Source: an uncultured Verrucomicrobiae bacterium
GTDB lineage: Bacteria; Verrucomicrobiota; Verrucomicrobiia; Limisphaerales; Palsa-1400
Length of the DNA: 64,000 bases
Direction: 5' to 3'
NCBI GenBank assembly: GCA_963764165.1
Contig: CAVXRD010000004.1
Coordinates: forward strand, 288,001-352,000
The notes beneath the pieces are model-generated. The model was not told the DNA's origin. It made no database searches and was given only the letters and a program-made list of their open reading frames with translations. Position numbers and translations under genes: made by a program. Shown one piece after another: positions 41,846 to 51,972 of the stretch. Numbering within the stretch: the first letter of the stretch is position 1; every line of letters starts with the position of its first letter.

Positions 41846-42532
41846 ATGAGCGCCAACAAAATAGATCGCGACCGCCTCGCTTCGATTCTCGAACGCTTCG
41901 GCGATTCGCTGGATTCATTCGACGCGCTGCGCCCAGACTCCTACGAGCAATCGCTGGCGGCATTTTCGCTGGATGCCTTGGAATCGTTCTACTCAATTTT
42001 GTTTGCCCCGTCGCAAACGCTGGTTCAGGCGGCCGCGCAATGCCCGACCTGGCCGCTCGGGGCGAAGCGGGAGCGCCAGCGCCCATCCACGGCCATCCTC
42101 AGCCAGGTCGGCGAGCGGATGCGGACGAAAGCAGCCCTCAAGCGCATCGCGCCGGTCGGGAAATTCTTGACAGAACTCCGCAGGGAATTGAAGGCCACTC
42201 CACTCGGCGACAATCAATCGATCTTGGACGGCGTCTGCGGCGCGGTCGGGCAGAAATTAATTGCCGACATCCGCGACGGAGCGGAAGTCGATTTGAAGCT
42301 CATCGACAAACTGCAGGCCCAGCGCGTCATCGAGCAAAACGAAAAACGGATCGCGCAGAACGATCAGAAAATCGCCAACGATGGCCGTCGCATCGCCGTG
42401 CTGGAAGCCAAGCTCGCGGATGTGCAGGAGCAGAAAAAGAAAATCGAAGCCGCGCTAGTGCAGGGCAAAACCAAGGGCGGACTTACTGCCGAATCTTTGG
42501 CGCAAATCGAAGAGGCGACAAGACTTCTCTGA
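41846..42532 (+). CDS. Putative terminase small subunit (Mu gp27-like)
   Basis: Helical protein ending GLTAESLAQIEEA; directly before the large terminase. Confidence 0.65.
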   Translation: MSANKIDRDRLASILERFGDSLDSFDALRPDSYEQSLAAFSLDALESFYSILFAPSQTLVQAAAQCPTWPLGAKRERQRPSTAILSQVGERMRTKAALKRIAPVGKFLTELRRELKATPLGDNQSILDGVCGAVGQKLIADIRDGAEVDLKLIDKLQAQRVIEQNEKRIAQNDQKIANDGRRIAVLEAKLADVQEQKKKIEAALVQGKTKGGLTAESLAQIEEATRLL

Positions 42533-42534
42533 TC

Positions 42535-43887
42535 ATGGGCAAAGCCAAATGCATACCGAAGCGCGACACGCTGCTTCTCGAATACCAGGCCAAATGGGTC
42601 AAAGACCCGTCGCGCCTCAAGCTCGCCGAAAAATCGCGCCAGATTGGATGGACATGGGCCACCGCCTATCGCATCGCCTCACGCAAAGCCCTGGCCGACG
42701 CGAAGCTGGATGCCTGGATAAGTTCCCGCGACGATTTGCAGGCGCGTTTGTTCCTCGAAGATTGCAAGAGCTTCGCCTCGCTCCTGCAAATTGCGGCCAA
42801 GGATTTGGGCGAGCGCATCATCGATGAAAAGGGGAACACCGGCTACGTGATGCAATTTGCCAACGGACTGCGGGCGCACAGCATGTCCAGCAATCCTGAC
42901 GCGCAAGCGGGCAAGCGCGGCGACCGCGTGCTCGATGAATTTGCGCTGCATCCCGATCCGCGCAAGCTCTACAGCATCGCGCTTCCAGGCATCACATGGG
43001 GCGGGCAGATGGAAATTTTCTCAACGCATCGCGGCAGCGCAAATTACTTCAACGACCTTGTCACCGAGATCAAGCACAAGGGAAACCCCAAGCGTTTCAG
43101 CCTGCACACGGTGACGCTCCAGAACGCGCTTGAGCAGGGATTCCTTTGCAAGCTGCAATCCAAATTGCCGCCCGATGACGAGCGCCAGGAGATGGATGAA
43201 GCCGCGTATTTCGATTACACGCGAGCCACTTGCGCAGACGAAGAATCCTTCCTGCAGGAATTTTGCTGCCAGCCCGCCGACGACAACGCCGCGTTCCTCA
43301 CCTACGACATGATTTGCGGTTGCGAATACAAGCCGGGCGAAGCATGGGAGACGGAACTGAAATTGGCTGGCGAGCTTTTCGTCGGCGTCGACATCGGGCG
43401 CACAAAAGACCTCACGGCCATTTGGGTTCTGGAAAAAATGGCGGACATGCGTTTCACGCGCCGCCTCATCGTGCTGGAGAAAACGCCGTTCAGTGCCCAA
43501 GAGACCGCGCTCTACGAAATCCTCGATCTGCCAAACGTGCGCCGTTGCTGCATTGACCAGACCGGCATCGGTCGGCAGTTCGCCGAGCGGGCGCAAGAGA
43601 AGTTTGGCAAATACAAAGTCGAAGGCATCAGCTTCACCGGCACTGTCAAAGAGGAACTCGCCTATCCTGTCCGCGCCTCGTTCGAGGACAAAACCATTCG
43701 CGTTCCAAGCGATGGAAAAATCCGTTCCGATCTCCGCGCCATCGGCAAGGAAACAACTGCGAGCGGCAATGTCCGCTTCACCGCTGAACGCACCAAGGAT
43801 GGCCACGCCGACAGATTTTGGGCGCTCGCGCTCGCGATCCATGCGGGCAAAGCGCCAGCCTCGCAATTCGGGGCGGTGGTGATATGA
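42535..43887 (+). CDS. Terminase large subunit, Mu gp28-like
   Basis: LLEYQAKW, EKSRQIGWT, VLDEFA, STHRG, GVDIGRTKD, IDQTGIG, HADRFWALALA. Confidence 0.95.
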   Translation: MGKAKCIPKRDTLLLEYQAKWVKDPSRLKLAEKSRQIGWTWATAYRIASRKALADAKLDAWISSRDDLQARLFLEDCKSFASLLQIAAKDLGERIIDEKGNTGYVMQFANGLRAHSMSSNPDAQAGKRGDRVLDEFALHPDPRKLYSIALPGITWGGQMEIFSTHRGSANYFNDLVTEIKHKGNPKRFSLHTVTLQNALEQGFLCKLQSKLPPDDERQEMDEAAYFDYTRATCADEESFLQEFCCQPADDNAAFLTYDMICGCEYKPGEAWETELKLAGELFVGVDIGRTKDLTAIWVLEKMADMRFTRRLIVLEKTPFSAQETALYEILDLPNVRRCCIDQTGIGRQFAERAQEKFGKYKVEGISFTGTVKEELAYPVRASFEDKTIRVPSDGKIRSDLRAIGKETTASGNVRFTAERTKDGHADRFWALALAIHAGKAPASQFGAVVI

Positions 43888-44312
43888 CACTCCTTCCCCA
43901 TTCCATTTGCAATTTCCCGGCAGGCCGCCCATCTGCCGGGGGACGAGAATACGGTCAGGGTGCGGACCGCCATCCGGCGAACCGGATGGGTTATCATACA
44001 TCGCCCGGCCCGGTGTCGCATTCCGGCCGGAATCTCTTCAAGGTAGGGACGCCTCGCCGAGGCGTCCGAGGACTTCGCAAACCCGCAAGCTCAGAAATTG
44101 AAGAACGCTCTAAAATGCCCCAGGACGTTTTAGCGCCTCTCTCCACCTTGGTGCACGAAGAAAGGCCATTGAATCGGGCAGCCAGGCCATTGAGCGTGCC
44201 ACAGGAATCTTTGGGGGCCTCGTCAAAATTGGCTATTTTTGACCACTTCTGGAAGGGGTCAGGATTCGCCACTATCCAACGGGTTGTATCAGGGAGGCTC
44301 GGATCGCGATGA
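43884..44312 (+). CDS. Hypothetical ORF or structured spacer between terminase and portal
   Basis: ATGA overlaps at both ends, but hairpin-rich and carries a REP copy. Confidence 0.35.
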   Translation: MTLLPHSICNFPAGRPSAGGREYGQGADRHPANRMGYHTSPGPVSHSGRNLFKVGTPRRGVRGLRKPASSEIEERSKMPQDVLAPLSTLVHEERPLNRAARPLSVPQESLGASSKLAIFDHFWKGSGFATIQRVVSGRLGSR

Positions 44313-46720
44313 AATGGCCTTGGTCAAAATCCGAATCCTCGACGGCATTGGTTAAGCAGGAAGCGCTCTCTGCGCCTGCCACCTTAACCTTTGAGGACTT
44401 CGCGCTAGGCAACGCGGCCCGCGCTGCATTGGACGATACCCGCTTCGGCAAGACCATCATTGCCGAGGTCAACGGCCAGCGGTGCGAGTTGAAGGTTATT
44501 CAGCGTGATTCGTCGTCGGTGAGCCAGGGCGTGCCCGCCTTCTGGTTTGCCCGCGCATTGGAACCCGGCCAGATGGCCAGCATGTGGCAGCCGTTCCGCG
44601 AATCCGTTTGGGTCCAGCGAGCGATCAAGATCATCAGCGGCCCGGTCGGCAGCGTCCCCCCTGATTTTTATCCGCGCAACGTCCAGGTAGGGACGTCTCG
44701 CCGAGACGTCCGCTCGCGGAGCGTGATTAAATCCTACCGCTCGTCATCTGGCCTTGCCGTCAAACGCTCCGCCGATGCCGCCATCGAAGTCCCGCAACTC
44801 TCCGATTTCCTGCGCGAGCCCGTGCGCGGCCTCAGCTACGCCGATTTCGTCGAAGCAACCATCGGCTGGCTCAAAATGGAGGAATGCTTCTGGCTGCTGT
44901 CCGATTCCACCTTGGTCCCGTTTCCCCAGGCCAAGTCGCGCAAGCCCGATCCCATCATCATTGCGCAACCCTACCGCATGCGCCACATCCTGGGCGACGA
45001 TGGCGAGCTTGCCGGGTGGACGTATCAGGACGTGCTTGGCAAGCAGTGGACTCTGCTGCCCGATCAGGTCATCCACATTCGAGGCTGGAATCCCTACCAC
45101 CAATTTCGCGGACTCGGCGAATATCCGTCCGCCCAAATCGCCGCCGAAGGCGATTGGCTGGCCGGAAAATTCTCGCGAAACCTGATGGGCAACAATGGCG
45201 ACACCGGCCCCTTCATCATCGCCAAGAACGGAATCCCCACCGACCCCCAGCGCGATCAAATCATCGCCGCCCTGCGCGAGAAGCGCCACGCCCAATTGCG
45301 CGGCGAATTCAAGCCGATGTTCTTGACAGGCGACATCGAAGTGCAAGACCCAAAAATCGGCAGCGTCGACGCCCCGTTCATTCAGCAGCGCATCGAAGCC
45401 CGCCACGAGATCGCGGCGGCGTTCGGCATCCCCATGTCGATGTTCGATTTGAAAGCCGCGTATTCCATCGGCGCGGACTCGGACATTTTCTGGCTCATCT
45501 GTTTCACCTGCATCCCGACCGGCGCGAAACTCGCGGGCGGACTGGAGAGGCTCGCGAAAAAACTGTTCGGCCTCGATCTCGAAGTGTTGCTCGATTGGGA
45601 TCAGCACCCGGTCATTCAAGCCGCCAGGCGCGCCCGCTTGAAAGACGCGGACGGATTGTTCAGCAAGGGAATGCCCATGCGCCAGATCAGCGACTACCTT
45701 GACTTGTCGCTGCCCGAATACGAAGGCGACGACATCGGTTATTTGCCAATCAATCTCACGCCCGCCGTTCCCACCGAGCCGGACGACACCACGCAAACCC
45801 CGCTCAAGCCCGACGACTTTTCGGAAGTGCCAACCGAGTCAGGAAATCCCGACGCACCCGAGCCAGTCCAGGAAATGTTGTCGGCTTTGCGCGGATGTTC
45901 CCATCCGTCGCATTCTTCCCATGCCTCCCATCGCAGCCCGAAAAACAAGCAACTCTGGGAAAACCACATGCGCCGCCGCAGTGCCGCGACAAAGCTCCTG
46001 CAATCAAAGGCCAGCAAAGTCTTCAACGATTTTCGCGTCAAGGCGCTGAAGAAGCTCGATGCGACCTACGGGCGGAAATCCATTGAAGGCGTCACCTCCC
46101 GCTCCTTGCTCGATGTCATCTTCAGCAAAGACGACTTCGGCTCCGCGCTCACCGAGGCGCTCCGCAATCCGATCCACGCGGCGCTTGAAAGCAGCGTCGC
46201 CGATCTCATGTCCGAAATCGGACGCGCCGACGATCCGTGGAAAATGCCGCCAGCGGACGCGATCAAGTTCATCCGCAGTCGCGAAAACAAAATCAGCGGC
46301 GTCAGCGAGACGGCCTTCAGCCAGTTGAAAACCGCCCTTGAAAGCGCGGTGAAAGCCGGAAAAAACATCGATGAAATCGCCGGTGACATCAAAGGCGTCT
46401 TCAACGGATTGAGCCGCTACGAAGCCCGCAAGATCGCGATGACCGAAGTCTGCGCACTCGACGGTTTCGCCAGGCACGAGGGAATGAAGGGCGCGGGCAT
46501 CGAATTGAAATCGTGGCTGTCAAGTCACGGCCCCAACGTCCGCCCGGCGCACGAAGCCGCCGAGGCGCGTTACGAAGCGCACCCCATTCCGCTCGAAGAC
46601 CCGTTCGTGGTCGGCGGCGAAAACTTGATGTATCCCGGCGATCCCGCAGGCAGCGCCGCGAACGTCATCAACTGCCAATGCATCCAACTCGCCTGCACAA
46701 ACAAAGGAGAACAAGAATGA
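44309..46720 (+). CDS. HK97-type portal protein fused to a minor head protein (Mu gpF/SPP1 gp7-like)
   Basis: DQVIHIRGWNP...RGL, EIAAAFGIP, GDDIGYLPINL; C-terminal KSWLS...VRPAH...PGDP...VINCQC. Confidence 0.88.
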   Translation: MKWPWSKSESSTALVKQEALSAPATLTFEDFALGNAARAALDDTRFGKTIIAEVNGQRCELKVIQRDSSSVSQGVPAFWFARALEPGQMASMWQPFRESVWVQRAIKIISGPVGSVPPDFYPRNVQVGTSRRDVRSRSVIKSYRSSSGLAVKRSADAAIEVPQLSDFLREPVRGLSYADFVEATIGWLKMEECFWLLSDSTLVPFPQAKSRKPDPIIIAQPYRMRHILGDDGELAGWTYQDVLGKQWTLLPDQVIHIRGWNPYHQFRGLGEYPSAQIAAEGDWLAGKFSRNLMGNNGDTGPFIIAKNGIPTDPQRDQIIAALREKRHAQLRGEFKPMFLTGDIEVQDPKIGSVDAPFIQQRIEARHEIAAAFGIPMSMFDLKAAYSIGADSDIFWLICFTCIPTGAKLAGGLERLAKKLFGLDLEVLLDWDQHPVIQAARRARLKDADGLFSKGMPMRQISDYLDLSLPEYEGDDIGYLPINLTPAVPTEPDDTTQTPLKPDDFSEVPTESGNPDAPEPVQEMLSALRGCSHPSHSSHASHRSPKNKQLWENHMRRRSAATKLLQSKASKVFNDFRVKALKKLDATYGRKSIEGVTSRSLLDVIFSKDDFGSALTEALRNPIHAALESSVADLMSEIGRADDPWKMPPADAIKFIRSRENKISGVSETAFSQLKTALESAVKAGKNIDEIAGDIKGVFNGLSRYEARKIAMTEVCALDGFARHEGMKGAGIELKSWLSSHGPNVRPAHEAAEARYEAHPIPLEDPFVVGGENLMYPGDPAGSAANVINCQCIQLACTNKGEQE

Positions 46721-46908
46721 ACGTCACAACCGTCAATAAACATTTGCCGCAAAACCTCCGCGCCCAGCGAGGCAAGCGCGGCCACATCAAAGTCAAAGCG
46801 GCCGGGCTGGAATACCAATTCGACAAATCGAAATTCGGATCATCAGAAGAAATGGCCGCTTACGCCGCCAGCAAAATTCCGCGCTCGCCTGCCGGCATCG
46901 TCAACTGA
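46717..46908 (+). CDS. Phage hypothetical protein
   Basis: RBS AAGGAG; ATGA coupling. Confidence 0.6.
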   Translation: MNVTTVNKHLPQNLRAQRGKRGHIKVKAAGLEYQFDKSKFGSSEEMAAYAASKIPRSPAGIVN

Positions 46909-47008
46909 AATGGAAAAACTTGAACAGAAGCACACAAAGATCACGAAGCAAAGAAACCGGAACTTCCATTCCCCCTTTGTGTCCTTTGCGACCTTCTGTG
47001 AATAAATA

Positions 47009-47293
47009 ATGAAACCGCGCCGCACACTTCGTTCGCTTTACATCGAGATCATCAAATCTCGCCTGGCGGATTTCGCCGCCTGGAGGATGGCGCTCTCGCG
47101 CCCCTGGCGGATTGATCTCATCTGGATCGCCATCAAATTTCGTTTCGTCAACGCCCGCCGCCGCCGCGCCGCGCTCGCCCTGGTGAAGCGCAACATGTCC
47201 CCAGACTGGCGCGACAGCTGTCCGAAAAAAACACAACGCAAATTGGGACTCATTCCTCCCATCAACTCCCATCACTCCCATGCCAACTCTTAG
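47009..47293 (+). CDS. Basic hypothetical protein
   Basis: 94 aa Arg-rich ORF overlapping the protease start. Confidence 0.45.
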   Translation: MKPRRTLRSLYIEIIKSRLADFAAWRMALSRPWRIDLIWIAIKFRFVNARRRRAALALVKRNMSPDWRDSCPKKTQRKLGLIPPINSHHSHANS

Positions 47294-47972
47294 ACGCACC
47301 ATTCATCCAGAAGTCCGCGTCATCGACGCCGCCCGAGGCACGGTGGAATACATCGCCAGCGACGAATCCATTGACAGCTACGGCGAAGTCGTGTGCGCAC
47401 GAGGCGTGGACTTTACACGCATGCAGAAAAATGCCCCGTTTGTTGACAGCCACAATTATTCCAGCATCGATTGCCTGCTCGGCAAAGTGGTTGACTACAA
47501 GGTCGCGAAGAATCAGGTCGTCGAAACCGTGCAATGGGCCATCGACGTGCCGACAAATTTTCTCGCCATCAAAGGATTCCAGATGACGCAAGCCGGTTAT
47601 TTGAAAGCCGTCAGCATCGGTTTCATCCCGACCAAAATCGCCCGCCCCTCCGATCCCAAGGGCGATTGGCAGAGCGCCTGCGAAGACCTCGGCATGGGCG
47701 ATCTCGAAGATTCGATCAACTGCATTTATCAAAAATGGCTGCAGCTTGAACTCTCCTGCTGCTGCATCGGCGCGAACATGAACGCCGTCGCCAAATCCTA
47801 CAAAGCCGGAATCCTCAACGATTCCGAATTGGAAACGCTTTTCACCCTTTCACACAAAAATCAGTCAAGTGAAACCGCACCCGTGACCGACGATCCCGCT
47901 GATGTCGCGAGTGCCAGGCAGCGGGCGCAAGACGAGTTTGTGCTGAAGTTCCAAGTAGCCCTGCTCAAATAA
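47280..47972 (+). CDS. HK97-type prohead protease
   Basis: ASDESIDSYGE, DSHN, LGKV, YLKAVSIGF, LELS...GAN. Confidence 0.85.
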   Translation: MPTLRRTIHPEVRVIDAARGTVEYIASDESIDSYGEVVCARGVDFTRMQKNAPFVDSHNYSSIDCLLGKVVDYKVAKNQVVETVQWAIDVPTNFLAIKGFQMTQAGYLKAVSIGFIPTKIARPSDPKGDWQSACEDLGMGDLEDSINCIYQKWLQLELSCCCIGANMNAVAKSYKAGILNDSELETLFTLSHKNQSSETAPVTDDPADVASARQRAQDEFVLKFQVALLK

Positions 47973-47996
47973 AAATCCGAAACAGAAAATCCCAAA

Positions 47997-49478
47997 ATGA
48001 ACTCGATCAAAAAATTCAAACTGAAACATCTGCTCATGTGCTTCGGCGCGGTCTTCGCGCTCCTGGCCGTGTTCGGAATGTTCTTCGCCAATCCCACCGC
48101 GCACATCGCCCCTGGCGGAATGCTCGCCGCCTCCGCTGGCGGACTGGTCCTCGAAAAAGAAGCCGGGGACAAAGTCGTCGAAGGTGTCAAATTCCTCACC
48201 GCCGAAAACGCGAAGTTAAAATCCGACTACCAAAAAGTGCTCGACGATTATTCGCGCACTGACAAGGAAGTGAAGAAAGCCGCCGAAGATATCCAGAAGC
48301 TGATGACGACTTGCAACGATCAGGCACAACTGATCGCGAGCCTGAAAAAGCTCGAAGCGACCGTGCTCCGCAACGCCAAGAGCAGCTTCGGTGATCCCAT
48401 CCAGCGCGCCCTCGGCAACGAGGAAACCCGCGCCTACTTCCACGCCATCGGCAAATCCGTCGCAGCGAAAATGACCAACAGCCGCCTTGATCCCGCCTTC
48501 GAGAAAATCATCGGCGACGGCAACGCCGCCTTCAAATCGCTGACCGGCGTCGATGCCGGACTCGGCCAGGCCACCGTGCCGCAAGCGACGTTCAATGAAA
48601 TCTACGACACGCTGCTGAATTACGGACAGTGGAACACACTCGGCGTCATGCGCGTCGGCATGCGCACCACCGTCATTCCCGTGGCCAGCGCCCGCCCGAT
48701 CTTCTACTGGATCGGCTCCGGCACAGGCGGCACAGGCGAAGGTTCGGCCATCACCGCAGGCGCCTTCACCGGATCGTCTGTCACGCTCGTCATTCAAACG
48801 CTCGCAGCCTACATCACGATTTCGCGCGAGCTGCTCGCGGACTCCACCGTTGATCTCGCGCCGTATGTCATTCGCGAAATGACGCAAGCTTGTTACCAGG
48901 GGCTTGACACGGCCGCCTTCATCGCCAATGGCGCGGCTGACCAGACCAACGCCGGATACATCGGCATCTTCAACGCCGCCAGCGCCAATGTGAACATGGC
49001 CGCCACCACGGCCCAGGGAAACACAACCGTCGCCGGCACCCAGTTGGATGATTGGGAAAATGTTCTCAACACGGTCAACCCCGAAGTGCTCAATCGCGGC
49101 CCCAAATGGTGGATGCATCCGCAGATGCTGGCCAAGGCGATTTTGGTTCGCGACAAAAACGGACGCCCCATCTTCCAAACATGGCTTGAGCGCCCCGACA
49201 CCCGCGCCCTGGGCAATATCCTCGGCTACCCGGTCATCCCGACCAACATCGCGCCGAGCACGGACGGCCCCGGCAACGTCATCGCCGCCTTCGGCGATCC
49301 TCAAGGCCAGGCCATCGGCATCCGCGAGGATTTGGAGATGGCGACCAGCGACGACATCAACTTCGCTCAGAACATGCGGGCCTTCCGCACGCTGCTCCGA
49401 GCAGGCGTGAAAATGAAAACAACCGCAGGCAGCACATCATTGGTGCCATTCGCGGCAATGACCTTGTCGCCTAACTAA
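47997..49478 (+). CDS. Major capsid protein, HK97 fold
   Basis: Coiled delta-like region, GQATVP, ISRELLADS, KWWMHP, DKNGRPIF, ILGYPV, AFGD. Confidence 0.92.
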   Translation: MNSIKKFKLKHLLMCFGAVFALLAVFGMFFANPTAHIAPGGMLAASAGGLVLEKEAGDKVVEGVKFLTAENAKLKSDYQKVLDDYSRTDKEVKKAAEDIQKLMTTCNDQAQLIASLKKLEATVLRNAKSSFGDPIQRALGNEETRAYFHAIGKSVAAKMTNSRLDPAFEKIIGDGNAAFKSLTGVDAGLGQATVPQATFNEIYDTLLNYGQWNTLGVMRVGMRTTVIPVASARPIFYWIGSGTGGTGEGSAITAGAFTGSSVTLVIQTLAAYITISRELLADSTVDLAPYVIREMTQACYQGLDTAAFIANGAADQTNAGYIGIFNAASANVNMAATTAQGNTTVAGTQLDDWENVLNTVNPEVLNRGPKWWMHPQMLAKAILVRDKNGRPIFQTWLERPDTRALGNILGYPVIPTNIAPSTDGPGNVIAAFGDPQGQAIGIREDLEMATSDDINFAQNMRAFRTLLRAGVKMKTTAGSTSLVPFAAMTLSPN

Positions 49479-49541
49479 AGGTAGGGACGCCTCGCCGAGG
49501 CGTCCGCACCCAACGCGCACTACCCGAAAGGAAAAATAAAT

Positions 49542-50411
49542 ATGTCAAATACAAATTCACCCGGCAGCCCATTCAAAGAGGAAGCCGGCACCAAGACGCC
49601 CGACTCTGAAAAAGTCGTCACCGTCAAAGTCGTCACGCCCGTATTCCTCGACGGCCAGCAATACGTCAAAGACATCACGACCAAAGTCAGCCTCAAGCAA
49701 TGGCGCGCGTTAAGTCGTCATCTCGAATGGGTTGACGGTCCGAAAGAACACGATCCCGCGAACAAAACATTCGCGGAAAAAGCCGCGAAGCGATTGGACG
49801 CCCGCGAGCAAGCGCTAGCCAAAGCCGCCGCCCTCGCCGTCCTGTTCTTCATGCTGCTGTTCACGCCGGCCGCCAAAGCAGGCCCCGGCACATTCAGCCC
49901 ATTGCCGATCCCTCCCATGATCGTCCTCCTGCCGACTAACGGCCTGGTGACGGCGACCAATGGGATCGTCGGCACTGGCACAAACATGAATCAGGTCTCC
50001 AACACCTGCGTCGGTCTTTCCACCGCGCAGACCAATGTATTCGTGCCTCAGACCAATTCCTTCGGCCAGATCACCAACCTTATCAGCGTCGAGAAATTCG
50101 ATGAAATTTGGCTGGTGCTCAAAGGTCAGCAAGGAACGGCGGTCGGCGGCTCGGGCTTCACGAATATTTGGGAATTCTGGCAGACCGATGGCACGATCAC
50201 CGGTCTCGACAGCAATCACCCCATATTCTCGCTCACGTTCAACGTGCCGAGCACATGCACCAACGGCTGCCTGATCACCAACATCAGCCGGAATTTGCTT
50301 GGCTCGACAGGCTTGATTGTTCCGGGCCGCATCTACGATGCGACCGGGACGAACGCCTGCACAAACCTCAGCTTGACGGCCTACGTCAAACCCATTCGTT
50401 CAGGAAACTGA
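49542..50411 (+). CDS. Phage protein with internal signal-like segment and Thr-Asn-rich beta domain
   Basis: RBS AAAGGA; ALAVLFFMLLFTPAAKA; 12 TN dipeptides. Confidence 0.7.
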   Translation: MSNTNSPGSPFKEEAGTKTPDSEKVVTVKVVTPVFLDGQQYVKDITTKVSLKQWRALSRHLEWVDGPKEHDPANKTFAEKAAKRLDAREQALAKAAALAVLFFMLLFTPAAKAGPGTFSPLPIPPMIVLLPTNGLVTATNGIVGTGTNMNQVSNTCVGLSTAQTNVFVPQTNSFGQITNLISVEKFDEIWLVLKGQQGTAVGGSGFTNIWEFWQTDGTITGLDSNHPIFSLTFNVPSTCTNGCLITNISRNLLGSTGLIVPGRIYDATGTNACTNLSLTAYVKPIRSGN

Positions 50412-50482
50412 GCGGACACGCGTGCGCCCGGCTGGGGGTTTTCTCCTCACCGCCCAGCCGGGCCAATTTTCAAAACTAAATT

Positions 50483-50683
50483 ATGAATGACAACGAAAAT
50501 AGAATGATCAGAAACGGCGAAGCCGTCACGCGCAAGCCCCTAGGTGGCAGCGGCGTCTCGCCGCTGAATCAGAGCAGGGACGGCTCTGCCACTCCACTGC
50601 CACCGGATGGCTACGCGCTCACCAAATGCCCCGATTGCGGCCGCCCGCGTGTCCGTTGCATCTGCGGCAACTCCGAAGACTGA
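50483..50683 (+). CDS. Small Cys-motif protein with an embedded REP-like repeat
   Basis: CPDCG...CIC; GGCAGCGGCGTCTCGCCGCTG repeat inside. Confidence 0.5.
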   Translation: MNDNENRMIRNGEAVTRKPLGGSGVSPLNQSRDGSATPLPPDGYALTKCPDCGRPRVRCICGNSED

Positions 50684-50784
50684 AGACTGAAAAATGAAAC
50701 AGAAGCTCACAAAGGACGCAAAGATGGGAAAGAGTTTTTTCTCCCGCCTTCCTTTGTGTCCTTTGTGACCTTCTGTAAAAAATC

Positions 50785-51444
50785 ATGAACTGCGGCCTCT
50801 CCAATCTCGCCACGCTCAAGGCCAACATCCTGCCGGTCAGCATGCAATCGCAGACCAGCTACGATCTGAAGCTCGCCGCCATTGGGCTGACCGTCGCCGG
50901 TTTGTTCAACCAATTTTGCAACCGCCAATTCGCCTGGGGAACCAACCTGGTCGACATCTTCACCGGCGACCGCCCGCAATGGTATGTCAGCGCCTATCCC
51001 ATCGCGACCAACAGCGACGCGAATCAATCCCCGCAGATTGCCGCTGTCAACATGAGATATTTTCTGACCGATAATTGGACGGACATTATCGGCGAGCCGC
51101 TGCAAGTCGACGCCAGCAAGGGAAAAATCCATTTCGGCTACACGCTTGGACGCGCTCCGCTGCAGGTGCAAGTCATCTACAACGGCGGCTACTGGTTCCA
51201 AACCGGCGAAGGCTCGCAAGCCGATCCCAACGTGAATCAGCCAGCGGGATCGACCGCCTTGCCGCCAGAAATTCAAGGCGCGTTCCTCCTGCAATGCGGC
51301 GAAATCTTCCGCAAAATGGATCCGTTGGGACAGGGCATCGCCGCCCGTCTCACCGAGGCCCAACTCAATGTCACCAGCGATCTCGCGCTGATCCCCCTCG
51401 TGAAACAGCTTTTGCAAAGCTACGTCCGCTTCCAAATGACATGA
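50785..51444 (+). CDS. Head-tail connector protein (gp6-like)
   Basis: LATLKA, FNQFCNRQF, VIYNGGY, LPPEIQGA, VKQLLQSY. Confidence 0.75.
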   Translation: MNCGLSNLATLKANILPVSMQSQTSYDLKLAAIGLTVAGLFNQFCNRQFAWGTNLVDIFTGDRPQWYVSAYPIATNSDANQSPQIAAVNMRYFLTDNWTDIIGEPLQVDASKGKIHFGYTLGRAPLQVQVIYNGGYWFQTGEGSQADPNVNQPAGSTALPPEIQGAFLLQCGEIFRKMDPLGQGIAARLTEAQLNVTSDLALIPLVKQLLQSYVRFQMT

Positions 51445-51971
51445 GCGAATACGTTTCCATTTCCCCACAAGCCAGGGCGATTCTTGACAACCTCAAGAAC
51501 GCCCCCGCCAAGTGCCTTGAGCCGATGGCCAAAGCGATGGATCGCGAAAATGTTCTGACCGTCTCGCACATCCAGCGCGATTACCTCAGTTTCTCGCGCA
51601 GCGGCCCGAGCAACCCGGATGGGCTTCGTGTGCAAAGCGGATCGCTCCGACGCAGCCTGCGGGCCAGCAAGGCCACTCTCGGCCCCACCGGATTGACCAG
51701 CGGCATCGGCGGCAACGTCACTTCACGCGGCGTTAATTATCTCGCCGTGCATGAATTCGGCGCGGAGATTCCCGAACACACTATCACCGCGACGAATGCG
51801 CGTGCGCTGCATTTTTTCGTCGGCGGAAAGGAGATTTTCCGAAAGTCCGTGAAGATTCCCGCCATCACGCTTCCCGCTCGCGGCATGATTGCGCGAGGCA
51901 TTCAAGATCGCCTGGCCAATTACGGCAAAGCCATGAGCGACGCCGTGGTGAAAACATTTGGAGGCAACTGA
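51441..51971 (+). CDS. Virion morphogenesis / neck protein (Mu gpG or HK97 gp10-like)
   Basis: SGSLRRSL, YLAVHEFG, VKIPAITLPAR. Confidence 0.75.
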   Translation: MSEYVSISPQARAILDNLKNAPAKCLEPMAKAMDRENVLTVSHIQRDYLSFSRSGPSNPDGLRVQSGSLRRSLRASKATLGPTGLTSGIGGNVTSRGVNYLAVHEFGAEIPEHTITATNARALHFFVGGKEIFRKSVKIPAITLPARGMIARGIQDRLANYGKAMSDAVVKTFGGN

Positions 51972-51972
51972 C

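Noticed and set aside
41842..42534. N-terminal extension making the terminase 681 aa
   Set aside because: Overlaps the small-terminase ORF in another frame; terminase motifs begin after the ATG at 42535
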